A stretch of 32,000 nt of DNA from Sinorhizobium meliloti (GCF_017876815.1 NZ_JAGIOS010000001.1:3720001-3752000); one strand, 5' to 3'; positions 19,349-27,774 are shown, counted from the first letter of the stretch. Notes: generated from the letters alone by a model not told the origin. Numbers and translations: made by a program.

Positions 19349-21802
19349 TCAGAACAGTCCGTTGGAGCCGGAGGTTACCGCCTGGTTGGCCTGCGGAGAG
19401 GTTCTCAATATCTCTTCCGGCGGCGCATATTCGTCAAGGTCGCCGATGACCGAGAAGGTGTCCGCAGGGCCGGTTCCCGGCTTGAAGGCTTCGATGATCG
19501 TGTCCGGCTCGCCCTCGACGGCCGCCATGCCGGTCTTGCGGTTGACGGGAATGAGGCTCATGCCTTCCGGCACCACGAACTTGCCGGGGCGGGTACCCTC
19601 CACGGCCTTCTGCATGAAGGCGTTGAAGATCGGCGCCGACAGGCCGCCGCCGGTCGCCCCGCGCCCGAGCGGTGCCGGATCGTCGAAGCCGAGATAGAGC
19701 CCCGCGACGAGGTCGGGAGTGTAACCCACGAACCAGGCGTCCTTCTCGTCATTGGTCGTGCCGGTCTTGCCGGCGACAGGGCGATCGAGCTTGATCTTGC
19801 CTGCCGCGGTCCCCCGCGCGACGACGCCTTCCATCATGGAGGTGATCTGATAGGAGGTCATCGGATCGAGGACCTGCTCACGATTGTCGATCAGCACCGG
19901 CTCTTCCTGCGCTTCCCAATCGTCGGCATTGCAATTCTCGCAGGCCCGGTCCTCGTGGCGGAAGATGGTCTTGCCGTAACGGTCCTGGATCCGGTCGATC
20001 AGCGACGGCTTGATCTGCTTGCCGCCATTGGCGATGACGGCATAGGCGGAAACGAGACGCAGCACCGTCGTTTCGCCGGAACCGAGCGACATCGCAAGAA
20101 GCGGTGCCATCTTGTCGTAGATCCCGAAACGTTCGGCATATTCGGCGACGATGTTCATGCCCAGGTCGTTGGCAAGCCGGACCGTCATCAGGTTGCGCGA
20201 TTTTTCGATGCCGAGGCGGAGCGTCGACGGTCCGGCAGAGCCGCCGCCGTAGTTTTCGGGGCGCCAGACCTGACCGCCCGCGACGATCTCGATGGGCGCA
20301 TCCAGGATGACCGATGCCGGCGTATAGCCGTTGTCGAGGGCGGCCGCGTAGACGAAGGGCTTGAAGGCGGAACCGGGCTGACGCATCGCCTGCGTCGCGC
20401 GGTTGAACTCGGACTGTCCGTAGGAGAACCCGCCGACCATCGCCAGCACGCGGCCGGTATGCGGGTCCATCGCGACCAATCCGCCCTGAACCTTCGGCGG
20501 CTGGCGCAGCCGATATTCGCCGGCCTCCTCCAACGGCTCGACATAGACGACGTCGCCCGGGCCGAAGACCTCTTCCGGCGACTTGGCGCTCTTGCGCTTG
20601 CCGCCGGCGGAGCGGTGGGCCCACTGCATGTTCTTGGCGGCAATGCGCCCGGTCACCCGTTCAGGAACGATCTTGCCCGAGACTTCCTTGTCCGGCTGGA
20701 TGCCGATTTCGGCGCCTTCGCTGTCTACCGAGAGCACGACCGCCAGTTTCCATTCCGGCACGTCGCTGAGCATGGGGATCTTGCTCAGCGGCTCGCCCCA
20801 GTCGCCGCCGATCTCGATCGTTTTCACCGGTCCGTGGAAGCCCCGCCGCTCGTCGTAGCTCAAAAGCCCGTCCTGAAGCGCCTTGCGCGCCGCAATCTGC
20901 AGCCGCGGATCCAGCGAGGTACGCACGGAAAGCCCGCCCTCGTAAAGGGCCTTGTCGCCGTATTTCTGGATGATCTGGCGGCGCACTTCCTCGGCGAAGA
21001 AGTCGGAGGCGAAGAGGTGCGCGCCGCCGCGGCGCGGCTTGACGCCGAGCGGTTGCTGCTTTGCCTCCTCGCCGTCAGCCTTGGTGACGTAACCATTTTC
21101 GACCATCCGATCGATCACCCAGTTGCGGCGCTCGATCGCAGCCTCGACCTTGCGGAACGGGTGGTAATTGGCCGGCCCCTTGGGCAGGGCCGCAAGATAG
21201 GCGGTCTCGGCAATCGTCAGTTCCGTCACCGACTTGTCGAAATAGGTCAGCGCCGCCCCGGCGATGCCGTAGGAATTCAGCCCGAAGAAAATCTCGTTGA
21301 GATAGAGCTCGAGAATGCGGTCCTTGCTGTAGGCCTGTTCGATGCGGAAGGAGAGGATCGCTTCCTTGATCTTGCGATCGAGCGTCTGGTCGGAGCTCAG
21401 AAGGAAGTTCTTGGCGACCTGCTGGGTGATCGTCGAGGCGCCGACGGGGCGCCGACCGGAGCCGAAATTCTGCAGGTTGACGGCGATGGCGCGTGCAAGG
21501 CCCGTCACGTCGATGCCCGGATGCTGGTAGAAGTTCTTGTCTTCCGCCGAGATGAATGCGGCCTTGACGCGATCGGGTATTGCCTGAATGGGCAGATATA
21601 GCCGGCGCTCGCGCGCATATTCGGCCATCAGCGCGCCGTTACCCGCATGGAAGCGTGTCGTCACCGGCGGAGCATAATTGGCCAGAACCTCGTAATCGGG
21701 GAGGTCCTTCGTGATGGCGCCGAGATAGATCGCGACGGCCGCGGCTGTGCCAAGCAGCAGAAACGCACCAATGCCGAAAAAATATCCAATCAGTCTGATC
21801 AT
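19349..21802 (-). CDS. mrcA: Penicillin-binding protein 1A (bifunctional glycosyltransferase/transpeptidase)
   Basis: The 817-aa product has an N-terminal TM anchor, the GT51 motif ISAEDKNFYQHPG, and transpeptidase motifs SAFKP (SxxK), SRN and KTGTT. Confidence 0.95.
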   Translation of the reverse strand: MIRLIGYFFGIGAFLLLGTAAAVAIYLGAITKDLPDYEVLANYAPPVTTRFHAGNGALMAEYARERRLYLPIQAIPDRVKAAFISAEDKNFYQHPGIDVTGLARAIAVNLQNFGSGRRPVGASTITQQVAKNFLLSSDQTLDRKIKEAILSFRIEQAYSKDRILELYLNEIFFGLNSYGIAGAALTYFDKSVTELTIAETAYLAALPKGPANYHPFRKVEAAIERRNWVIDRMVENGYVTKADGEEAKQQPLGVKPRRGGAHLFASDFFAEEVRRQIIQKYGDKALYEGGLSVRTSLDPRLQIAARKALQDGLLSYDERRGFHGPVKTIEIGGDWGEPLSKIPMLSDVPEWKLAVVLSVDSEGAEIGIQPDKEVSGKIVPERVTGRIAAKNMQWAHRSAGGKRKSAKSPEEVFGPGDVVYVEPLEEAGEYRLRQPPKVQGGLVAMDPHTGRVLAMVGGFSYGQSEFNRATQAMRQPGSAFKPFVYAAALDNGYTPASVILDAPIEIVAGGQVWRPENYGGGSAGPSTLRLGIEKSRNLMTVRLANDLGMNIVAEYAERFGIYDKMAPLLAMSLGSGETTVLRLVSAYAVIANGGKQIKPSLIDRIQDRYGKTIFRHEDRACENCNADDWEAQEEPVLIDNREQVLDPMTSYQITSMMEGVVARGTAAGKIKLDRPVAGKTGTTNDEKDAWFVGYTPDLVAGLYLGFDDPAPLGRGATGGGLSAPIFNAFMQKAVEGTRPGKFVVPEGMSLIPVNRKTGMAAVEGEPDTIIEAFKPGTGPADTFSVIGDLDEYAPPEEILRTSPQANQAVTSGSNGLF

Positions 21803-22166
21803 CAGTCAGGTACCGGTATCTAATTATCGTCCCATTGCGAGGTCGCCGAATGCCCGAACGCTCGTTTTCCGCGAAGGAAGCCGACCTCGCCAAACTCTTC
21901 CAAAGAAATCGTCTGGCATTTGCAGTTATACGCGTTTGGGCTCCCTCATATGGCCAGGAACCTGAAGCATCAACACCGTTTCCCAACAAATCGGGACGCC
22001 CTCCCCCTAAGGGGCCCGGATTGTGAGTAAAATAGGGCTGTTATCGGATTATACGGTGCGCATCTGCTGAAAAGCATATCGCTGTTACCGGGTCGACACA
22101 AATCACATCCCCACTCAGTGGCGTCGGGCAGGCGCGAAATCAAGGATCCCGGAACGCCCTGCGCAT

Positions 22167-23447
22167 TCAACCGCCGTTTGCAACCGCGGAGTTCCGGTAG
22201 CGCTGCACGGCGTCCGCAAGCAGCGTGGATACCTTCTTCCTCCATTCCGCATCGAGCAGTTGCTTCTCATCTTCCTTGTTCGACAGGAAACCGAGCTCGA
22301 GCAGCACCGAGGGCACGTCCGGCGCCTGCAGGACGCGGAACCCCGCATGACGGTGGGGATTGTTGATCAGCTTGATCTGCCCTTCGAACGAGGAAATGAC
22401 GCTCCGGGCGAGATTGACCGAGAAAGCCTGCGTTTCGCGGCGGGTGAGATCGATGAGGATATCCGCGACTTCGGCCGGCTCGCTTTCGAGCGGAATCCCG
22501 GCAATCTCGTCGGAGAGATTCTCGCGTGCGGCAAGATCGGCCGCGAGGTGGTCGGACGCCTTGTCGGAGATCGTGTAGACCGTGGCGCCCCGAATTTCCT
22601 TTTGCCGCAACGTGTCGGCGTGAACCGAAATGAACAGGTTGGAGCCTCGCTGGCGTGCGATCTGCACGCGTTGAGGCAGGGAGAGAAATTCGTCGCGCTC
22701 CCGCGTCAGAAACGCCTCGATGCCGGGTTCGTGATTGAGCCGTTCCACCAGCTCCTTCGCGAAGGCAAGGGTCACATGTTTCTCTTCGGTTTTCGTGACG
22801 CCGCCGATCGCACCGGTATCGATTCCGCCATGCCCGGCATCTATCGCAACCACGAAAACGCCGGCCTTCGGGGGCGGCGCGGCGGCCGGCCGGTCGGTCT
22901 TGGCGGAGGGCACCGTACCCGTCCACTGCTGCTCGGCCAGGAGCTTGTCGAAGCGGTCCTGGCCGATCCTCTCAGCATCGAGCACGAGGCGAAAGCCCTT
23001 CCCGTCCTCCACCGGCTTCACTTCCGCATGGGTCACCTCCGTCGGCCCGTTGGCGGAGAGCACGAGCCGCGAGGCCCCTGCCCCCATTCCGCCATAGCGG
23101 ATGGCGTCGAACAAGCCGCGAGGCTGCAGGCTCTCCGGCTTCAGTCCGAACGACGTTTCCGGCAGGTCGACGATGACGCGAACGGGATTGGCGACGTAGT
23201 GGATGGAGAAGGCCGGCTCGCGATCGAACTCGATGACCAGGCGCGTGCGGGCATCGTCGCCGGCAATCCGCGCGGCATAGGCGAGGAGAGGCACCGGCTC
23301 GCCGGCGCGCACGACCGCCACGGGTGACAAGAGAAGCAAAACGGCACCAAAGGCAGCGACGAACATGCGCATGCCGCGATGACGCCCGATCGCCTCCATT
23401 GAACACAGCCTAGTCGCCGAACGCTTCACCTGAAACCCCGCATCCAT
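22167..23447 (-). CDS. amiC: N-acetylmuramoyl-L-alanine amidase (AMIN domain plus Amidase_3), AmiC-like
   Basis: The protein has an AMIN-like segment, ...RTRLVIEFDREPAFSIHYVANPVRVIVDLPETSF, and a catalytic region VVAIDAGHGGIDTGA...LFISVHAD. The start is uncertain: ATG at 23447, 23399 or 23372 are all possible, and none has a clear SD. Confidence 0.9.
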   Translation of the reverse strand: MDAGFQVKRSATRLCSMEAIGRHRGMRMFVAAFGAVLLLLSPVAVVRAGEPVPLLAYAARIAGDDARTRLVIEFDREPAFSIHYVANPVRVIVDLPETSFGLKPESLQPRGLFDAIRYGGMGAGASRLVLSANGPTEVTHAEVKPVEDGKGFRLVLDAERIGQDRFDKLLAEQQWTGTVPSAKTDRPAAAPPPKAGVFVVAIDAGHGGIDTGAIGGVTKTEEKHVTLAFAKELVERLNHEPGIEAFLTRERDEFLSLPQRVQIARQRGSNLFISVHADTLRQKEIRGATVYTISDKASDHLAADLAARENLSDEIAGIPLESEPAEVADILIDLTRRETQAFSVNLARSVISSFEGQIKLINNPHRHAGFRVLQAPDVPSVLLELGFLSNKEDEKQLLDAEWRKKVSTLLADAVQRYRNSAVANGG

Positions 23448-24157
23448 CCAATCGATATACCGGCGAAGGTCTCCCCGGCTGCCCTTATCCGCCCCTCAAC
23501 CAATGAACCCTCAGGGTTAACCAAAGCTTGACACGGGGGCCGCGGCACCGCCCCTCAGCCGGCGCAGTCTTCTCCTGAAGGTCCGGTTACACCCGCGCAA
23601 GCGAATCGATCAATATTGTGGCGGCAAAGGCTTTTCCCTTGCCAATGTGACATGGAAAACATAAAAGCGTCACAAGGAGAAAGTGTTGACGGGATAGAAT
23701 CGTCGGCCGGGCAGCCGGAGCTTTTAGACGAGCTTGGCGCCAGGGAGTGATCGAGCCGGAACAACCGGTTGCAACCGTATCAAGCTTCCGCGGCCGCAGG
23801 AATTCATCCGCCGTCGCCGCATTTCCTCCTCCGTATACTGGTTCGCAAATTTCCGGCGGTGGCCGGAGTTCTTGATGGTGAATTTCACCGGATGCCCGCA
23901 AGCGGGCGCATTCATCGGGCCTCTTCCAGAGGTCCAGGACATTGGCATTCTTGTTTGGTCTTTGATGTGACTCAGCAGTATCGGTCAGAAGTAGAGCGGC
24001 CCCGGGACCTTAGCGTTCCGGCTGCCGTCTGGCTGCTGCACCATCGCTTGCGCCAAACAGGACCTTTTATATCCGGCGCAGCCTCCGACGTCTTCGACAG
24101 CCTTCTTGAAAAAGGCACTCTGTCTGTCGTCCCGCCGCGCCGAGGAGCACAGCTTAG
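23448..24157. promoter_or_regulatory. 710-nt CDS-free divergent amiC/rne control region; probable long structured rne 5' leader
   Basis: No credible ORF is present. Several short GC-rich hairpins occur at 23894-23907, 23917-23935 and 24095-24129. A 13-bp palindrome lies at 23877-23889 and a CtrA-like box at 23517-23532. Confidence 0.35.
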
Positions 24158-26932
24158 ATGGCAGAGAAAATGCTTATCGATGCGTCTCACTCAGAGGAGA
24201 CGCGCGTCGTTGTCGTACGCGGAAACCGCATAGAAGAATTCGATTTCGAATCGGAACATAAGAAGCAGATCCGCGGCAATATCTACCTGGCGAAGGTAAC
24301 CAGAGTGGAGCCGTCGCTCCAGGCGGCCTTCGTCGATTACGGCGGCAATCGCCACGGGTTTCTGGCCTTCGCCGAAATCCATCCCGACTACTACCAGATT
24401 CCCCTCGCCGATCGTCAGGCCCTGTTGAAGGCGGAAGCCGAAGAGGCTCGCCGCGACGATGACGAGCCGAACGACACCGTGGCGGAACAGAAATTCGCGC
24501 CGGCTGGCGATACGGTTGCCGAAGTCGTGGCACAGGCCGAAGCCGCCGAGGCAGCCGGAGAAGCCGCTGAGGCCGCTGCGGAGAAGCCGAAGGCCAAGGC
24601 CAAGCCGAAGCGTACCCGCCGCGCGAAGCCGAAGGCCGACGAAGAGGCCGTGGCGCCTGAAAGCGGCCCGTCGGAAGACGGCGAAGGCGACAAGAACGAA
24701 ATGGCCGCGGTGGTCGATACCGACTCGATCTCCGAGGATATCGACGCGCGCCGTCAGCGTGACGACGACGATGACGACGACAATCACGACGGCGAAAAGG
24801 AAATCATCGAATCCGTCGGCGCCGAAGATGCCATGGAAGAGGTGGCGGATCGTCATATCCGCAAGCCGCGCAAGCAATACCGCATCCAGGAAGTGATCAA
24901 GCGCCGGCAGATCCTGCTGGTGCAGGTCGCAAAGGAAGAGCGCGGCAACAAGGGTGCGGCACTCACGACCTATCTTTCGCTCGCCGGCCGCTACTCCGTT
25001 CTCATGCCGAACACGGCGCGCGGCGGCGGTATTTCGCGCAAGATCACCAACCTGCAGGACCGCAAGCGTCTGAAGGAGATCGCCCGCGGTCTCGACGTGC
25101 CGCAGGGGATGGGTGTGATCCTGCGCACCGCCGGAGCCAATCGCACGAAAGTCGAGATCAAGCGCGACTTCGAATATCTCATGCGCCTGTGGGAGAACGT
25201 CCGCACGCTGACGCTGAACTCGACTGCCCCCTGCCTCGTCTACGAGGAGGGCAGCCTTATCAAGCGATCGATCCGCGACCTCTACAACAAGGACATCAGC
25301 GAGATCGTCGTTTCGGGCGAGGAAGGCTACAAGGAAGCCAAGGGCTTCATGAAGATGCTGATGCCGAGCCACGCAAAGGTCGTGCAGCCCTATCGCGACG
25401 TGCATCCGATCTTCTCCCGCTCCGGCATCGAAGCACAGCTCGATCGCATGCTGCAGCCGCAGGTGACGCTGAAGTCGGGCGGCTACATCATCATCAACCA
25501 GACCGAAGCTCTGGTTTCCATCGATGTGAACTCCGGTCGTTCGACGCGCGAGCACTCGATCGAGGATACGGCTCTCCAGACGAATCTCGAGGCAGCCGAG
25601 GAAGTAGCGCGGCAATTGCGCCTTCGCGACCTTGCCGGCCTGATCGTCATCGACTTCATCGACATGGAAGAGAAGCGGAACAACCGCTCCGTCGAGAAGA
25701 AGCTCAAGGATTGCCTGAAGAACGATCGTGCCCGTATCCAGGTCGGCCGCATCTCGCATTTCGGCCTGCTCGAAATGTCTCGCCAGCGCATCCGCGCCTC
25801 GGTGCTGGAAAGCACGATGCAGACCTGCCCGCACTGCAACGGCACGGGCCACATTCGCTCGCAATCCTCCGTTGCCCTGCATGTCCTGCGCGGCATCGAG
25901 GAACATCTGCTCAAGAACACCACGCACGACATCAGCGTGCGGACGACACCCGATATCGCGCTCTACCTGCTCAATCAGAAGCGCAGTTCGATCACGGACT
26001 ACGAGCAGCGCTTCGGTGTCTCCATCTTCATCGAAGCGGACGCTCATGTCGGTGCGCAGCACTTCGCGATCGATCGCGGTGAACCGGTCGAAAATCCGGT
26101 GAGGATCGACCAGATCCTGCAGTTCGAGCCGGAGCCGGAAGACGAAGAAGAGGTCCTCATCGAGGAGGAGTCCGACGAAGAGGAAGTGGAAGAGATTGCT
26201 GCCGAGCGTCAGGACCAGAAAAAGGGGCAGACCGACGAACAAGGCGGCCGCAAGCGCAAGCGTCGTCGCCGCCGGCGCGGCAAGGGTGCGGGTCAGGGGG
26301 CGGACGAGGCCTTCGCTGACGCCGCCGACGCGGCTGAGGACGAGACCGGCGACGAAGCCGCCGTGGACGATGCCGAGGATGAAGTCGACGCTACGGATGC
26401 CCTGAATGGCGATAGCGAGCAGAAGCGCAAGCGTCGCCGCCGCGGCAAGCGTGGCGGCCGCCGCAGTCGTCAGGACGAACTGGCCGATGCCGAGGGCGAG
26501 ACCGGCATGGCTGCAGACGCCGGCGAAGGAGCCGGCGACGACGCAGAGGCGGAAGTCGCCCCAGCCGCGGCAGCCGAGGAGACGTCACCGGATATCGCGG
26601 CAGCCGCTGCCGTCGAGGCAGCAGCGGAGGAGCCGAAACCGGCAAAACCCCGGCGCAGCCGCAAGAAAGCAGTCAAGGCCGAGGAGCCGGCCGAGAGTGT
26701 CGATGAAGTAGCCGAGAAGACCGTCGAGGCCCAACCCGAAGCAACCGAAGCCGCCCCCGAGGCCGTGGAGGAAGCTGTTGCCGATCTGGAAGGCGCAAAG
26801 CCCGCGCGCGCAAACCGGGATCTGTCGGCGATCGCTACCGAGCCGGTCGTGACGTCCAGCAAGGGCGAGGGCGAAGAGGAGCCGACAAAACCCAAAAAGG
26901 GCGGCTGGTGGCAGCGCCGCAGCTTCTTCTAA
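24158..26932 (+). CDS. rne: Ribonuclease E
   Basis: The 924-aa product begins MAEKMLIDASHSEETRVVVV..., has an S1 domain ...KEERGNKGAALTTYLSLAGRYSVLMP, the segment DVNSGRST, the Zn-link CPHCNGTGHIRS and a long charged C-terminal tail. GAGGAG lies 10 nt upstream of the ATG. Confidence 0.95.
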   Translation: MAEKMLIDASHSEETRVVVVRGNRIEEFDFESEHKKQIRGNIYLAKVTRVEPSLQAAFVDYGGNRHGFLAFAEIHPDYYQIPLADRQALLKAEAEEARRDDDEPNDTVAEQKFAPAGDTVAEVVAQAEAAEAAGEAAEAAAEKPKAKAKPKRTRRAKPKADEEAVAPESGPSEDGEGDKNEMAAVVDTDSISEDIDARRQRDDDDDDDNHDGEKEIIESVGAEDAMEEVADRHIRKPRKQYRIQEVIKRRQILLVQVAKEERGNKGAALTTYLSLAGRYSVLMPNTARGGGISRKITNLQDRKRLKEIARGLDVPQGMGVILRTAGANRTKVEIKRDFEYLMRLWENVRTLTLNSTAPCLVYEEGSLIKRSIRDLYNKDISEIVVSGEEGYKEAKGFMKMLMPSHAKVVQPYRDVHPIFSRSGIEAQLDRMLQPQVTLKSGGYIIINQTEALVSIDVNSGRSTREHSIEDTALQTNLEAAEEVARQLRLRDLAGLIVIDFIDMEEKRNNRSVEKKLKDCLKNDRARIQVGRISHFGLLEMSRQRIRASVLESTMQTCPHCNGTGHIRSQSSVALHVLRGIEEHLLKNTTHDISVRTTPDIALYLLNQKRSSITDYEQRFGVSIFIEADAHVGAQHFAIDRGEPVENPVRIDQILQFEPEPEDEEEVLIEEESDEEEVEEIAAERQDQKKGQTDEQGGRKRKRRRRRRGKGAGQGADEAFADAADAAEDETGDEAAVDDAEDEVDATDALNGDSEQKRKRRRRGKRGGRRSRQDELADAEGETGMAADAGEGAGDDAEAEVAPAAAAEETSPDIAAAAAVEAAAEEPKPAKPRRSRKKAVKAEEPAESVDEVAEKTVEAQPEATEAAPEAVEEAVADLEGAKPARANRDLSAIATEPVVTSSKGEGEEEPTKPKKGGWWQRRSFF

Positions 26933-26942
26933 GAAGAATAGG

Positions 26943-26970
26943 AAAAAGCCCGGAGCGATCCGGGCTTTTT
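26943..26970 (+). terminator. Rho-independent terminator of rne (A-tract/T-tract, potentially bidirectional)
   Basis: The sequence is AAAAAGCCCGG-AGCGAT-CCGGGCTTTTT, starting 11 nt after the rne stop. Confidence 0.85.
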
Positions 26971-27096
26971 CATGCTGGGGCCGCGTGGCGGCTCAGTTGT
27001 GACCTGCCTCTTTGAAAACTCCGCACTTTCCGGACGGAAAGCGGCACACGCTTTTCCTTATCCCGCTCTATACTTTCCCGCAGGGAGGACGAGGCC

Positions 27097-27312
27097 ATGC
27101 GCAAGTTCACAGTCATCGTTACGGAAGAGTTCGAAGCCGACACTGCCGAGGAGGCCGCCTTGCTCATGTATCAGCAACTGACCAACGGGCCGGCACCTCT
27201 GCATTATTCGGTCACGGATGAAACGAAGATTGCAACCAGCCTGATACTGGACCGGAAAAAGGCAGATGAATTTGCCAGTGTCGATCACACTGCAGACCCC
27301 GGCAATTGGTAA
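27097..27312 (+). CDS. Orphan small acidic hypothetical protein (71 aa)
   Basis: A strong SD, GGGAGGA, lies about 8 nt upstream of the ATG. The protein reads MRKFTVIVTEEFEADTAEEAALLMYQQLTNGPAPLHYSVTDETKIATSLILDRKKADEFASVDHTADPGNW. I recognise no family. Confidence 0.55.
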   Translation: MRKFTVIVTEEFEADTAEEAALLMYQQLTNGPAPLHYSVTDETKIATSLILDRKKADEFASVDHTADPGNW

Positions 27313-27445
27313 GCCACGCGTAACCGGCCGATGTGCGGATACCCATGTCTGGAGCAGAGCACTTCCACGCAAAGCATGACAGCTCTCCGTCCGGAGGTGC
27401 TTGGTCCAACGACCTAAGCGTTTCGCCGTCCAGTGAAACGTGAAG

Positions 27446-27763
27446 CGCTCTAAAGGCCTGTTGAGATCCGGGATACCCGCCGCGGCCTGTTTGATTTCCT
27501 CATCCCTGTGCTCGTCACAGGGATCCAGCCAGACCAAGTCCTTGGGCTGAAAAAACTCTTCCGCGCCGCAGACGCGGCGCTGCTGGATCTCTGTGACAAG
27601 CACAGAGACGAGGTGAGGAGAGATTGCAGTCCTCCGATAGGTTTCACAGGCCGGTTAGAGCCAGGCCATGCGCGCCGACAAAACAGCCCAGAGCTCCAAC
27701 GCCATCACCCATCTCGCAGCAGCCGTCATAAACTCCGGATGAACCTCAACAGGCCTTAGAGCG
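27446..27763. repeat. 318-bp unit bounded by 19/20-nt inverted repeats, enclosing module Y (MITE-like architecture)
   Basis: CGCTCTAAAGGCCTGTTGAG (27446-27465) is the reverse complement of CTCAACAGGCCTTAGAGCG (27745-27763) apart from one extra A. Confidence 0.6.
27497..27759. repeat. Mosaic repeat module Y, copy 2 (with a 45-nt insertion)
   Basis: It aligns to 8168-8382. Hairpins lie at 27502-27524, 27563-27580 and 27588-27608. There is extra sequence at about 27630-27674. Confidence 0.8.
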
Positions 27764-27774
27764 GGATGAGGAAA

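Noticed and set aside
19298-21601. A 767-aa plus-strand ORF opposite the PBP1A gene. Similar cases are 24191-26242 (-) opposite rne, 30623-31822 (-) opposite accB/accC, 14122-15159 (-) opposite the LysR gene, 12214-13110 (-) opposite rlmB, 16180-17046 (-) opposite nadK, 22260-23327 (+) opposite amiC, 8412-9416 (+) opposite the epimerase gene, 6278-7492 (+) opposite rplK/nusG and 17774-19216 (+) opposite prfB.
   Set aside because: Each is antisense to a gene with unmistakable family motifs. None has any motif, SD sequence or plausible composition.
23527-23555. CTTGAC at 23527-23532 as the -35 element of the rne promoter.
   Set aside because: No acceptable -10 hexamer lies 16-18 nt downstream; the sequence there is GCCCCT or CGCCCC.
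27545-27580. Terminator-like feature on the minus strand inside module Y: a GCGCCGC/GCGGCGC stem followed by TTTTTT (27551-27556).
   Set aside because: The T-run is separated from the stem by 6 nt (GGAAGA), and in the other copy it degenerates to TTCTTT. It is not a convincing intrinsic terminator or sRNA 3' end.
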